The position numbers and the translations under genes are program-made. The notes under the pieces were generated by a model that was given only the letters and a program-made list of their open reading frames with translations, ran no database searches and had not been told where the DNA came from. Shown one piece after another: positions 24,455 to 34,057 of a stretch of 64,000 bases of DNA; position 1 is the first letter of the stretch, and each line of letters starts with the position of its first letter. The stretch covers positions 23,977 to 87,976 of the IMG/VR virus record IMGVR_UViG_3300034420_000109. One strand, given 5' to 3'. The stretch comes from a virus (taxonomy: Duplodnaviria; Caudoviricetes).

Positions 24455-27154
24455 ATGAACCACTTGAACGCTATCTTCAGCACGGCCCAGCGGCTCCAGG
24501 CGAGCCGATCCTTCCTCCGGGACCTCCGGGGCCTGGACAAGACGGCCGAGGGCGCCGAGTTCGCCAAGGCCATCGGGGAGGCCGCCGCCCTGGGGGCGAC
24601 CCCCGAGGACGTGGTGGAGCAGGTGGTCAAGGCCATGGCCGGGAACGAGGGGCTGGCGCTGGAGATCCTGATGGCGGTCCAGGAGATCGCCAAGGCCCAC
24701 GTCGAGCACCATACCCGCACCCTGGCCAACGGGAAGACGGTGGACGTGAAGGCTTACGAGACGGCCCGGACGGGCGCGATGAAGCAGACCACCATGGCCC
24801 ACGGGGCCACCTTCCACGCTATGCGGACGAAGACCCCCGAGGCCCATGAGAACGCCGCGGCAGCCCACGAGGCCGCCGCGAAGCAGCACGAGGACGCGCA
24901 CGGGGTCCACCCCATGGACGTGCCGGAGGTCGGGAAGGAACACGCGAACCTGAAGGCCCAGCACCAGATGAGCGCGGATTACCACCGCCAGGAGGCCGCG
25001 ACCATGCGCCACGGGCATGGATACGAGGTCCAGGCCAACCGGGCCGTCACCGCGTCCCAGGGGACCAAGGCGGCCATCACCACCCACCAGAGCCAGATGG
25101 CCCACCAGAAGGCGGCCGAGGAGCACAAGAAGGCCCACGAGTTCGACCCGGGCAAGGGGCACGACCAGCAGGCGGCCATGCATACGGCCCACGCCCAGGC
25201 GGCCCAGGCGGTCAACCAGTCCATGAACTCCCCCCACCAGGGATCCGACGTGAAGGGCGCGGCCGACGCCAGTCTCAAGGCCTTCCGGGCCACGACGTAT
25301 GCCCACGAGGGGAAGGGCCTGACGAGGGATGCCCACGCGGCAGCCGCCAAGGCCCACGAGGAGGCCATCAACCAGCACATGGGGATCCACGGGGCCAAGG
25401 AGAGCGACGAAGACGGCCACCACGGTCAGATCGCCAAGACCCACATGGCCCTCCACGCCTACCACTCCGCCAAGGCCCAGGCAAAGACCCCGGAGGAGGT
25501 CGCCAAGGCCCAGGTCGAGGGATACACCCGGGTGCAGGACGGCAAGGTCATCCATGTGGGAGCCTACGACAGCAAGCGACAGGCGGCCTTCGAGGCGAGC
25601 CGGGTGGCCCACGAGGCGAGCCTCACCGCCAAGTCGAAGACGGCCCACACCGCAGCTGCAGCCCTTCACGGGAAGGCTATCGCCGCCCACCGGGAGGCCT
25701 GGAATGTGACCAACCACGAGGGCCGCCGGTCCATGCACGATGCGAACATGGCCGAGCACGGGGACATGATCAGCGGGCACCGGGCCATGGCCACTGCCGG
25801 TGGCGGGTTCGAGGATCACCCGTTCCGGGCCCGGGCGGCCAGCAACCTCGCCCCCGACGTGGAAAGCGTCAAGCCGGGGGAGGAAGACGAGGCTGCGGCG
25901 GCCCATGATCGTGCCGGAAGCGCCCATGTCACGGCGATGGACGCAGCCGGGGCCAACCGATCCCACCACAGCAGTCAGGCTGATCAGCATGCCCAGGACG
26001 CGAGGAAGATCCGTGAGCGGAAGGATGCTCCGAACGATGAAGACGCAGAAGCGCACGAGGAACTCGCCACGTCAGGGGGGATCGACCTATCCAAACTCGT
26101 CCCCGGCCACAACACGGAGACGACGAGAAAATCACTCGATAGGCTTGTGAAGTTCGGCATGGCAAAGAAGGATGGCACCAGATACACGGCCACCCCAGAA
26201 GGAGAGATTGGAAAAGCCGAGGGTCCCATGACCACCCTTGGCGGCGGGACCGACCTCGCCACGAAGAGCGGCGGCGCCGCGCTGGCGGTCGAGGGCCGCC
26301 CCGGTAAGGAAGGCCGGAAGAAGCAGGACGGCATGGATTACTGCGATGCCTGCGACACCGCCTACCCGGAGGGCACCAAGCATGAGTGCCCCGGGACGGT
26401 CGCCAAGGCCCATGTCGAATCCCACACCCGGGTCGTCGGCGGGAAGACGGTGCAGGTCCAGAGCTACGACACCCACCACGCCGCAGCGATGAAGGCTTCA
26501 TTTGCCGCACAGAGCACCACCGCCCAGGCCCAGAATCCTGAGCACCACACCCATGCCGCCGCCAGCCACATGAAGGCCGCTGAGGGGCACCGCGAGGCGG
26601 CGAAATACGCCCCGGAGGACTGGCAGAAGAAGGGCCACGAGGACAACGCGAAGCTGCACGAGCACTACGCCCAAGCCCACCACGCCAAGGCGAAGGCTGC
26701 CGACCAGCGCGCGGATACCGGTGTGGACACCCCCCAGCACACCCCCCAGGACCTCAAGGAACTGGAGAACCACCACGACTATGCCGGGTTCGGATACCTC
26801 GGCCACGAACACCGAACCGACGAGACGGACAAGCACCTCACTGATGCAGCGAACAAGGCGGGGATCTCCAAGCACGAACTCGCCGCCCATGCCCTCAGCA
26901 AGTCCGGCCGCCACATGATGGACGACCACACGAACCTCGGGGAGAAGGCCAGCGAGGACGAGAAGGTCGCCCACTTCCAGAGGCACCTGACGAGCCCGAA
27001 GACCGCGAAGGAACACGGGATCAAGGAATACGCCAAGGACCTCGAGGAACGCGCCCCGGCGAAGCCTGCTGCTGGTGCGACGGAGCCGGTCACAGTCAAG
27101 CCCGCCACCCCAGAAAAGGGATATCGGATCCCACCGAAGCCGACCACCAAGTAG
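24455..27154 (+). CDS. Polyvalent protein 3: His/Ala-rich helical repeats, three beta-hairpin tags, a wHTH and a Cys knuckle
   Basis: Repeated HxxAAxxH units; three [IV]AKA-[HQ]VE-x-[HY]TR...G-K-x-[VI] motifs; RBS ggaggcggag before ATG 24455. Confidence 0.7.
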   Translation: MNHLNAIFSTAQRLQASRSFLRDLRGLDKTAEGAEFAKAIGEAAALGATPEDVVEQVVKAMAGNEGLALEILMAVQEIAKAHVEHHTRTLANGKTVDVKAYETARTGAMKQTTMAHGATFHAMRTKTPEAHENAAAAHEAAAKQHEDAHGVHPMDVPEVGKEHANLKAQHQMSADYHRQEAATMRHGHGYEVQANRAVTASQGTKAAITTHQSQMAHQKAAEEHKKAHEFDPGKGHDQQAAMHTAHAQAAQAVNQSMNSPHQGSDVKGAADASLKAFRATTYAHEGKGLTRDAHAAAAKAHEEAINQHMGIHGAKESDEDGHHGQIAKTHMALHAYHSAKAQAKTPEEVAKAQVEGYTRVQDGKVIHVGAYDSKRQAAFEASRVAHEASLTAKSKTAHTAAAALHGKAIAAHREAWNVTNHEGRRSMHDANMAEHGDMISGHRAMATAGGGFEDHPFRARAASNLAPDVESVKPGEEDEAAAAHDRAGSAHVTAMDAAGANRSHHSSQADQHAQDARKIRERKDAPNDEDAEAHEELATSGGIDLSKLVPGHNTETTRKSLDRLVKFGMAKKDGTRYTATPEGEIGKAEGPMTTLGGGTDLATKSGGAALAVEGRPGKEGRKKQDGMDYCDACDTAYPEGTKHECPGTVAKAHVESHTRVVGGKTVQVQSYDTHHAAAMKASFAAQSTTAQAQNPEHHTHAAASHMKAAEGHREAAKYAPEDWQKKGHEDNAKLHEHYAQAHHAKAKAADQRADTGVDTPQHTPQDLKELENHHDYAGFGYLGHEHRTDETDKHLTDAANKAGISKHELAAHALSKSGRHMMDDHTNLGEKASEDEKVAHFQRHLTSPKTAKEHGIKEYAKDLEERAPAKPAAGATEPVTVKPATPEKGYRIPPKPTTK

Positions 27155-27176
27155 GTCGCATCCGGGACGAATTCAT

Positions 27177-27203
27177 AGGGGCCCTTCGGGGCCCCTTCCC
27201 TTG
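27177..27203 (+). terminator. cUUCGg tetraloop hairpin, probable terminator
   Basis: AGGGGCCC-TTCG-GGGCCCCT, a perfect 8-bp stem followed by TCCCTTGT. Confidence 0.65.
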
Positions 27204-27288
27204 TGGGACAATGAGCCGCAGAATTGAGAAGGCCCGGGGCGTTGGAGCGCCACCGGGCCAGCATCACAACCCCTTCCAGGAGGATTCG

Positions 27289-27837
27289 ATGCAAGCAGAG
27301 AATACCACCCCAGCAGGAAACCGATATTGGCGCCGAGAGGGCGGGAAGATCGAGATGGAATTAACCCAGGGGAAAACATGCATCCTGGACGAAAGCGACC
27401 TGGGGAAGATTTGTTACCTGAAGTGGAGAGCATCTAAAAATCACGAGCGATTCTACGCGAAGACACATGCATACGGCCGAGATAGGAAGCGTCGTGAATT
27501 GGGCATGCACACGCTTTTACTTGGTAATCCATGGCCAGGGAAGGGAGCCCATGTCGATCACCACGATGGGAACACCCTCAACAATTGCCGATCAAACTTA
27601 AGGGCAACCGGTGCCGCCGGGAATGCTGCAAACAAGAAAAGGCCATCGAGCAATACGACCGGGTTTAAAGGTGTTTCGGTGAACCCAAAATGCACCATCC
27701 GGCCATTCCGTGCATTGGTTCAAAAGGGAGGGAAGAAGGTCTATTCCGCACAATTCGCAACAGCGGAAGAGGCGGCGGAGGCCTACGACAGAGAATCGAG
27801 GGTCCATTTTGGGGAATTTGCACGACCCAACAAGTAG
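27289..27837 (+). mobile_element. HNH_3-AP2 homing endonuclease
   Basis: HVDHHDGNTLNNCRSNLRAT followed by NTTGFKGVS...FRALVQ...FATAEEAAEAYD (AP2); visibly lower GC. Confidence 0.9.
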
Positions 27838-27870
27838 ACCAATGGGCCGCATGAGACAATCCCAACGGAG

Positions 27871-30800
27871 ATGTTCATAATGAGCGACTGGCAAGGCATC
27901 CCGATTGAAATCACGCGCAACCCGGGCGAATTCAAACTCGGGAAGGCTCCTACAGGGATCGGGTGGATGAGCCGGATGCGAGCATCCCAAGGCATCATCA
28001 AGGGTCTTGACGGCAATGGATTGTTCCCGACCAAGGCATGGATCGGTAAAAACAAGGAGTCAAAAACCGTCTTCGTCGTCCACCAGAGCCACGAAGACGG
28101 GGCGCACGATGAAAACAAACTCGTGCTCGGGTTCGATGACCCGGTGACGGCGGCAGACACCATCATGGCGCATTACCCGAAAGGGAAGCACCCCATCGAT
28201 TCAATTCATCAAATTCCCGAGGGTGGGCTTGATGACTGGATCGCCGGGAACGAAGCCTGGGCCGCCACAGCCCATGATCATCATGGGCGCCCCCACGAGC
28301 ATGGCAAAACGGTAGTGCTTTTCAATGGAGAGCGTCTCCCGGCGGAGCCCGCCGACCTGGATCTACCAGAGGAAGTGGCGAAGGCGCACGAGCCCCAACA
28401 GCCTGGGGATCGATGGGTGACCATGCATCCCAACGGGCCCGGGACGAAGGGGAGCCCCGTCCTTCTCCGGCCCGTGGCGGGACATCCCGGGCTGCACCGC
28501 GTGGTGGGAGGAGCCGGGGGGAAACTGAACTTTCTCCGGGTGAATCTCACCAAGAGCCCGGACCAATACAAGCAGGAGTCCCTCGAGCGCCGGAAACAGA
28601 CCCAGGCCGAAGAGAAGGCCAAGCTGGCGGCCATGAGCCCGGAGCAGCTGGAGGCCCACCAGCAGAAAGAGGCCCAGCTGAAGGAACACCGGAAGCGCGC
28701 CGAACAGGAGTTCATCAAGAAAGTCCTCGGGGATGACAGTCAGGAGGGAGAGGCCCCGGACCTCTTCTCGAACACCCCCGATGCCGATCCCAAGGCGGCG
28801 CGGGCCTACCACCGGGAGAGGTTGAAGCAGGCGCTCGCCGCATGCAAAGAGGCCGAGCGAAAGATCACCCTCGACGCCGAGACGCGGGTCGCGGCCGGGC
28901 TCGCCGAGGTGGGCGGGAGTGCCACCCCAGGCCTCGCCATCAACGCCATCCTGACCACCAAGGAAAACCGAGGGCCGGGATACGACCGGGCCATCGCCGA
29001 GCGCGCCGTGGCGAACGGCCTGACGGCGGAGAAGCTGACGGCCGCCAGCGCCGCCTGGCGGGAGGCCCAAGGCCTGGCGCCCAAGGCGGACCCCACCCAG
29101 CCCGGGGCCCCGCGGGATGAGGCGTCCGCGGCGGCGGCCGTCGAGATGCACACCGCGACGAAGGAACTCCGGGCCCGCCAGGCAGAGGCCACCGCCAAGG
29201 CCGTCGAGGAGGCCCTGTCGGACCACAAGAACCTGGGGGCGCTCCTGAGAGCCCGTCAGGAACTCCGGGGCGCCTACGAGGAGGCCACGGCCGCGCGCAC
29301 CGGCCGGGTCTTCGAACAGGGGTTCCTGTCCACCACCAGCGAACCCACGCCAGAGGACAAAGAGCGCCTCGTGGCCGACCTTTCAGAGCAGCTGCTGCGC
29401 GCCCATGTCCAGACCTTCCTGGATGAGGTCGAGACCAACCACCCGGACAACGAGGGGATCAACGGAGCCTGGGACCCGAGGGAAGAGGAGGGCATGGCCG
29501 CGTCTCGTGGCGGGGCCGCGTGGACCGCCCTGCACGAGGCCGGGCTGGCCATCTTCGGCGCCGGGCTCCTCGACCGAGACACCGTCGAGACCCTCGGGCC
29601 CGAGGCCGCTGCCCAGGTCCTGGCCAGGGGCATCCGGTCCCGGTTCAGCCCGGAGGACCAGAAAGAGATCCTGACGGCCCTGGAGAACCATCACGTCCAG
29701 GAGCAGCAGGTGGAACTCCCCCAGGCCACCCAGGAGGCCCAGCGCCTCCGGGCGGAGGCCCAGACGATGAAGGACCAGCTGCTCACCACCCCCAAGGACT
29801 TCGCGGCGGCGGCGGAGATGCACCGGACCCGTATCGAGGCGCTGAAGCAGGCCCGGACCACCCTGGGGGCGGCCTTGGGCCGGTTCGAGGCGCGCGCGGC
29901 CCTGGTCGCGGCTCTGCAGAGCACCCCGGCGAAGGACCTGCAGGTGCCCATGGGCCGGACCACGCCGGAGCGGGCCATGCAAGCGGCGGCGGCCATGGGC
30001 CTGCAGCCGGACGGATACACCCTGGACCACAAGGGCGGGGAGGCGGTGCTGACGATCCCGGAGGCCAGTCAAGACAAGCTCCTGAAGCCGGTGGACCACG
30101 CCGCGGTGGCCGAGCGGGAACTGGCCATGAGCATCAAGCGGGGCGACATGGACGAGGCAGGCTACCTGCCCCCGGGGTTCGCCAGCCGCACTGCGAGCCG
30201 CTACGACAACCCACTCATGGAGCCCAAGGTCTTCCAGCGCCGGGTGGAACTCCCCGAGGGGGCGGACCACGAGCACCTCGAGCCCGCGCTGGCGCGCTAC
30301 ATCGGGCAGCGGTGGGCGGACGGCCACCGGGCGACGGACATCAACGCGGACATCCGTGGCGCCTCCATCCGAGACGAGATCCCGGCCCACCTGCACGGGG
30401 CCCTGGACAAGATCGTGGACAAGCTGGTGCCCACGCACGAACTGGTGCGGGACGACAGCGGGGAGCCCGTCGCGGAGATGCACAACGGGCAGATTCTCCG
30501 GGACACCGCCGGTGGCGTGGTCTACAAGACGAAGATGCGGGAGCCCAAGCAGATCGCGGCCGACGTGGAGGCCATGGGCCGGAGGTTCCTGGACGCATCT
30601 GGGGACGCGGAGACCCTGGAGGGGCAGGGGGTCGATTCGGACCACCCAGACTTCAGGGAGGCGATTCATCGCACCCTGGCCGAAGACCCCCGCCTGCAGG
30701 CCGCGCACGCCCCCATCGGGGAACTCACCGCCATCCAGCGGCAGAGCATCCGGGACTGGTTCTACCGGGAGCACCACGGGAAGAAGGGGGCCGAACTGGC

Positions 30801-33066
30801 GGACGCCCTCCAGGCCCTGGGCCCCGAACCCCCGAAGTTCGATGAGACCACCGGGGGCATGAGCCTATTTGACGACCTGGGCCCCATGGAGAGCCAGGCC
30901 TGGAACGACTGGCAGGAGAAGCACAAGGCCATCATCGAGAAGCACGGGGACACCCCGGGCACGAGCCCGTGGGCCACCTACATCCAGGCCATGGGGGGGC
31001 TGAAGCAGGCCACGGAGGCCATCCAGGGCGAGATGCAGAGCAAGCTCGCCGAGGGGTTCCATGGCCACTACGGCCGCCTGACCGGCAAGGTGCTCCAGCT
31101 GGGGACCGGGGACATCGCGCACTTCAGCAGCCACCTCAAGGCGACGTCAGGGGCCGAGAAGGCGGCCGAGCTTGAGGCCATCCGTCGGTCAAAGCAGGCG
31201 CAGATGCAGCGCGGCGGGGCCGGACGGTTCCGAAGCGTGAACGTCAGGGAGCGCATGGAACAGGCCGGGGAGGCTGGGCTGTTCGGACAGGGCGGGGCCC
31301 TGTTCGGATCCGAAGAACTCTCCGGCGCTGCGCCAGCGGAGGAGACCCCGAAGTGGGAGAAGCCGGAGCCAGCACCTGGTGAGCGCCTGCGCCTGGGTGG
31401 GCGGATCGAGGCGCAGATCGCCGCAGCCATGCCCCACGCGTCGGCGCCGTTCCAGAGCCGGACCCTCAAGCCGGTCAAGGTCGCCGAAGGGATGAGCATG
31501 GATGGCCGGTTCGCCCCCCAGCAGCGGGGCGTCAAGGCCTTCAACCACCTGCGGCGCATGGGACTGTTCTACGGCGCCGGGAGCGGGAAGACGGCCGTCC
31601 TGATGGGCAGCGCGTCGAGCCTCGTCCACAGCGGCAAGGGCAAGAAGATCCTGATGGCTGTTCCCAGCATCGTCCAAGAGCAATTCGCAGGGGAGGCCGC
31701 CAATTTCCTGGACCCCACCACCGGGATCCGCCTCCACGCCGTGCCCGGAGAGTCCTTCGAGCAGCGCCTGCAGGCTTACCGGGATCCCGAGCGCCACGCC
31801 GTCGTCATGACCCACGCGGCCGTGCGCGACGACTCGGTGAAGCTGCTCGCCAGCCACCGTGGGATCAGCGAAGACGCCGCGGCAGAGTGGGCCATGAAGG
31901 CCAGCGCCGAGGACCTGAAGACCAACCTGCGTGAAGCATTCGCCAAAGAGGGGGCCAACTTCGACGCCCTGATGGTGGACGAAGGCCACGATGCCCTGAA
32001 CCGCAAGGGGAAGCCGGACAGCCTCCTCGCCAAGATCATCGACGCCCACGGCCACAACGCCAGCCACTACATCGGCGCCACCGGCAGCCCGGTGAAGAAC
32101 GACCCCAGCGAGGCACACGACTGGCTGCACAAGATCGACCCCGTGCGCTACCCCCGCGAGGGCCGAGACGAATTCCTGCGCCGCTACGGAACCGACAGCG
32201 CGGTCAGCCGCCGGGCACTCAAGGCCGAGCTTTCCCGCTACTTCTTCGCAGAGCGGGTGGGCAGCGGCGTGACGGCCCACCACAACGACGAGACGATCCA
32301 GCTGACGGCCGAACAGCATGCGGACGTGGAGCGCATCGAGCGCGCCGCGGGCAAGCTGCGGCTGGGGGAGGACCCCGTGAGGTGGGCCAAGGAACTGGCC
32401 CCCCGCTCCTTCATCGGGAAGCCGGAGGAGGAGCACGCGGCCATCGCCGAGGGGGTAAAGAAGGCCGTCGGGACCTTCCGGGAGGCCGCCATGGACCGGG
32501 CCATCAACATCGGCGGCGGGAAAATGCACGCCGCGGTGAAGAAGGCCCGGGAGGCCGTGGCCGAGGGCAGGCCCATGATCATCTTCGCCCACCGGCTAGA
32601 GGCCGTGGAAGCGCTCCACAAGGCCATGGAGGAGGCTGGCTTGCGGGTCGCCAGCATCACCGGCAAGGACTCCTCGAAGGACAAGCCGGGCAAGCTGGCC
32701 GCATTCCAGGGCGCACCTGGCCGCCAGGCCACCGCCGACGTCCTGATCGCATCCGACGCCGCTGCCACCGGGGCGAACCTCCAGCGCGCCAAGGAACTGA
32801 TCCACTTCGACCAGCCGATGACCTACAAGACCCACGAGCAGCGCACCGCCCGCATGGACCGCCTGGGCCAGACGGAGGACGTGAACGTGACGAACCTGCT
32901 GGCGGACCACGCCTACGACCGAACCGCCCGGGAGCGGGTGAAGCGGAAGCAGACCCTGGCGGACATCTACCAATCGAAAGAAGGCTACCTGGACGACAGC
33001 GGCATCGCGCACACTCTGCGCGCGCTGCGGGCCCGGGCCGCCCAGACCAAAGAGGAGGCTGCGTGA
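27871..33066 (+). CDS. Large polyvalent protein (1731 aa): degenerate PPase-like N-terminus and C-terminal SF2/SNF2-like helicase (DarB-like)
   Basis: YGAGSGKT (Walker A), MVDEGH (motif II), GATGSP (III), MIIF (IV), SDAAATGANLQ (V), EQRTARMDRLGQ (VI). Confidence 0.85.
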   Translation: MFIMSDWQGIPIEITRNPGEFKLGKAPTGIGWMSRMRASQGIIKGLDGNGLFPTKAWIGKNKESKTVFVVHQSHEDGAHDENKLVLGFDDPVTAADTIMAHYPKGKHPIDSIHQIPEGGLDDWIAGNEAWAATAHDHHGRPHEHGKTVVLFNGERLPAEPADLDLPEEVAKAHEPQQPGDRWVTMHPNGPGTKGSPVLLRPVAGHPGLHRVVGGAGGKLNFLRVNLTKSPDQYKQESLERRKQTQAEEKAKLAAMSPEQLEAHQQKEAQLKEHRKRAEQEFIKKVLGDDSQEGEAPDLFSNTPDADPKAARAYHRERLKQALAACKEAERKITLDAETRVAAGLAEVGGSATPGLAINAILTTKENRGPGYDRAIAERAVANGLTAEKLTAASAAWREAQGLAPKADPTQPGAPRDEASAAAAVEMHTATKELRARQAEATAKAVEEALSDHKNLGALLRARQELRGAYEEATAARTGRVFEQGFLSTTSEPTPEDKERLVADLSEQLLRAHVQTFLDEVETNHPDNEGINGAWDPREEEGMAASRGGAAWTALHEAGLAIFGAGLLDRDTVETLGPEAAAQVLARGIRSRFSPEDQKEILTALENHHVQEQQVELPQATQEAQRLRAEAQTMKDQLLTTPKDFAAAAEMHRTRIEALKQARTTLGAALGRFEARAALVAALQSTPAKDLQVPMGRTTPERAMQAAAAMGLQPDGYTLDHKGGEAVLTIPEASQDKLLKPVDHAAVAERELAMSIKRGDMDEAGYLPPGFASRTASRYDNPLMEPKVFQRRVELPEGADHEHLEPALARYIGQRWADGHRATDINADIRGASIRDEIPAHLHGALDKIVDKLVPTHELVRDDSGEPVAEMHNGQILRDTAGGVVYKTKMREPKQIAADVEAMGRRFLDASGDAETLEGQGVDSDHPDFREAIHRTLAEDPRLQAAHAPIGELTAIQRQSIRDWFYREHHGKKGAELADALQALGPEPPKFDETTGGMSLFDDLGPMESQAWNDWQEKHKAIIEKHGDTPGTSPWATYIQAMGGLKQATEAIQGEMQSKLAEGFHGHYGRLTGKVLQLGTGDIAHFSSHLKATSGAEKAAELEAIRRSKQAQMQRGGAGRFRSVNVRERMEQAGEAGLFGQGGALFGSEELSGAAPAEETPKWEKPEPAPGERLRLGGRIEAQIAAAMPHASAPFQSRTLKPVKVAEGMSMDGRFAPQQRGVKAFNHLRRMGLFYGAGSGKTAVLMGSASSLVHSGKGKKILMAVPSIVQEQFAGEAANFLDPTTGIRLHAVPGESFEQRLQAYRDPERHAVVMTHAAVRDDSVKLLASHRGISEDAAAEWAMKASAEDLKTNLREAFAKEGANFDALMVDEGHDALNRKGKPDSLLAKIIDAHGHNASHYIGATGSPVKNDPSEAHDWLHKIDPVRYPREGRDEFLRRYGTDSAVSRRALKAELSRYFFAERVGSGVTAHHNDETIQLTAEQHADVERIERAAGKLRLGEDPVRWAKELAPRSFIGKPEEEHAAIAEGVKKAVGTFREAAMDRAINIGGGKMHAAVKKAREAVAEGRPMIIFAHRLEAVEALHKAMEEAGLRVASITGKDSSKDKPGKLAAFQGAPGRQATADVLIASDAAATGANLQRAKELIHFDQPMTYKTHEQRTARMDRLGQTEDVNVTNLLADHAYDRTARERVKRKQTLADIYQSKEGYLDDSGIAHTLRALRARAAQTKEEAA

Positions 33067-33224
33067 GCCAGTGCCAGCACCACCCCGAAGAGACCGACGT
33101 CCGCCGCGGAAGCTACTCCTGCCCCGAGTGCGGGTGGATGGTGATGGCCGGGTGCCATCACCCCACCGTTGACGAGTTCGCCCCGGTGGACACCATGACC
33201 TTCGACCAAGCGAGGCTCCAATGA
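33063..33224 (+). CDS. Small Zn-finger-like protein
   Basis: GTGA overlap with the helicase stop; CQHH...CPECG...CHH. Confidence 0.45.
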   Translation: MSQCQHHPEETDVRRGSYSCPECGWMVMAGCHHPTVDEFAPVDTMTFDQARLQ

Positions 33225-33499
33225 CCAGCCAGACCGATCCCAGGGAAAACCTCGCGCACGCGCTGGCAGAGACGCACCTGGAGGTCCAGGCGGCGGAGCA
33301 CGACTACCGGCGCCACCTGCAGGACGGCAGCCAGCACATGGAAAGCCGCTACCCAGCAGCGAAGCTGGAGCAGCGGCCGGACGATCTGGATCACTGGGCG
33401 TGGCACCGAGAGGCGATGGCGCAGGCGGTGGAGCGGGGTGGGATCGCGCCCGTCCCCGAGATTCCGTTCATCCCCGTCGTTCATCCTCCGGAACGGTGA
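33221..33499 (+). CDS. Hypothetical protein
   Basis: ATGA-coupled ORF of 92 aa. Confidence 0.45.
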   Translation: MTSQTDPRENLAHALAETHLEVQAAEHDYRRHLQDGSQHMESRYPAAKLEQRPDDLDHWAWHREAMAQAVERGGIAPVPEIPFIPVVHPPER

Positions 33500-33983
33500 A
33501 GGTCACCGCATATTCAGAGGCCATGTGCGCCTCCACCTGCAGCACGTAGAGACGCATCCCCCTGTCGGTCAGGTGGGTGGTTGACCCGTGCAGCCGCCGC
33601 TGGCCATTGAACGGGTCGAAGTCCCACTTGTGATAGCCGTCGAGCACGAGAGAGGGGTCAAAGTCGGGCAGATTCTCGTCGGGCAGGAAAAGCTCCTTCA
33701 GGTGCTCGTGCCAGACCGCGGCGGGATAGGTCGGGCCGTTCGGGTGAGGGAAATGAGCCTGCCGCTCGATGTCGCGCAGGGTGCCCGCCCACATCGCCTG
33801 GTTGAGCCGGTCCTGGCGCTTCTTGACCTGCTCGCGCATGAGGACCTCGACGGGGTTCTCATCGTCGAAGGGGAGCTTGGCCAGCAGGGTGTGCAGAAAT
33901 TCGAGGTTCTCGGGGCCGCGCAGGAAAACGGATCGATCCTTAATCCTCTCGCGCCGGGGCGGACGGGGCGGGGTTGTGACCAT
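33468..33983 (-). CDS. NinB/Orf-like recombination mediator
   Basis: KKRQDRLNQAMWAGTLRDI...WHEHLKELFL...STTHLTDRGMRLYVLQVEA; RBS ggagg before ATG 33983. Confidence 0.75.
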   Translation of the reverse strand: MVTTPPRPPRRERIKDRSVFLRGPENLEFLHTLLAKLPFDDENPVEVLMREQVKKRQDRLNQAMWAGTLRDIERQAHFPHPNGPTYPAAVWHEHLKELFLPDENLPDFDPSLVLDGYHKWDFDPFNGQRRLHGSTTHLTDRGMRLYVLQVEAHMASEYAVTFTVPEDERRG

Positions 33984-34057
33984 GGGGACCTCCAGGGATA
34001 CGCAGAGCAAGGGCCCCCGGGAGGGGGCCCACTTGCATCCGCTAGGCGGTTGGGGTT

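Noticed and set aside
25499-26420. Repeated GTCGCCAAGGCCCA.GTCGA as a CRISPR or insertion repeat
   Set aside because: Two copies 900 bp apart within one reading frame; explained by the repeated protein motif. No CRISPR array was seen anywhere in the window.
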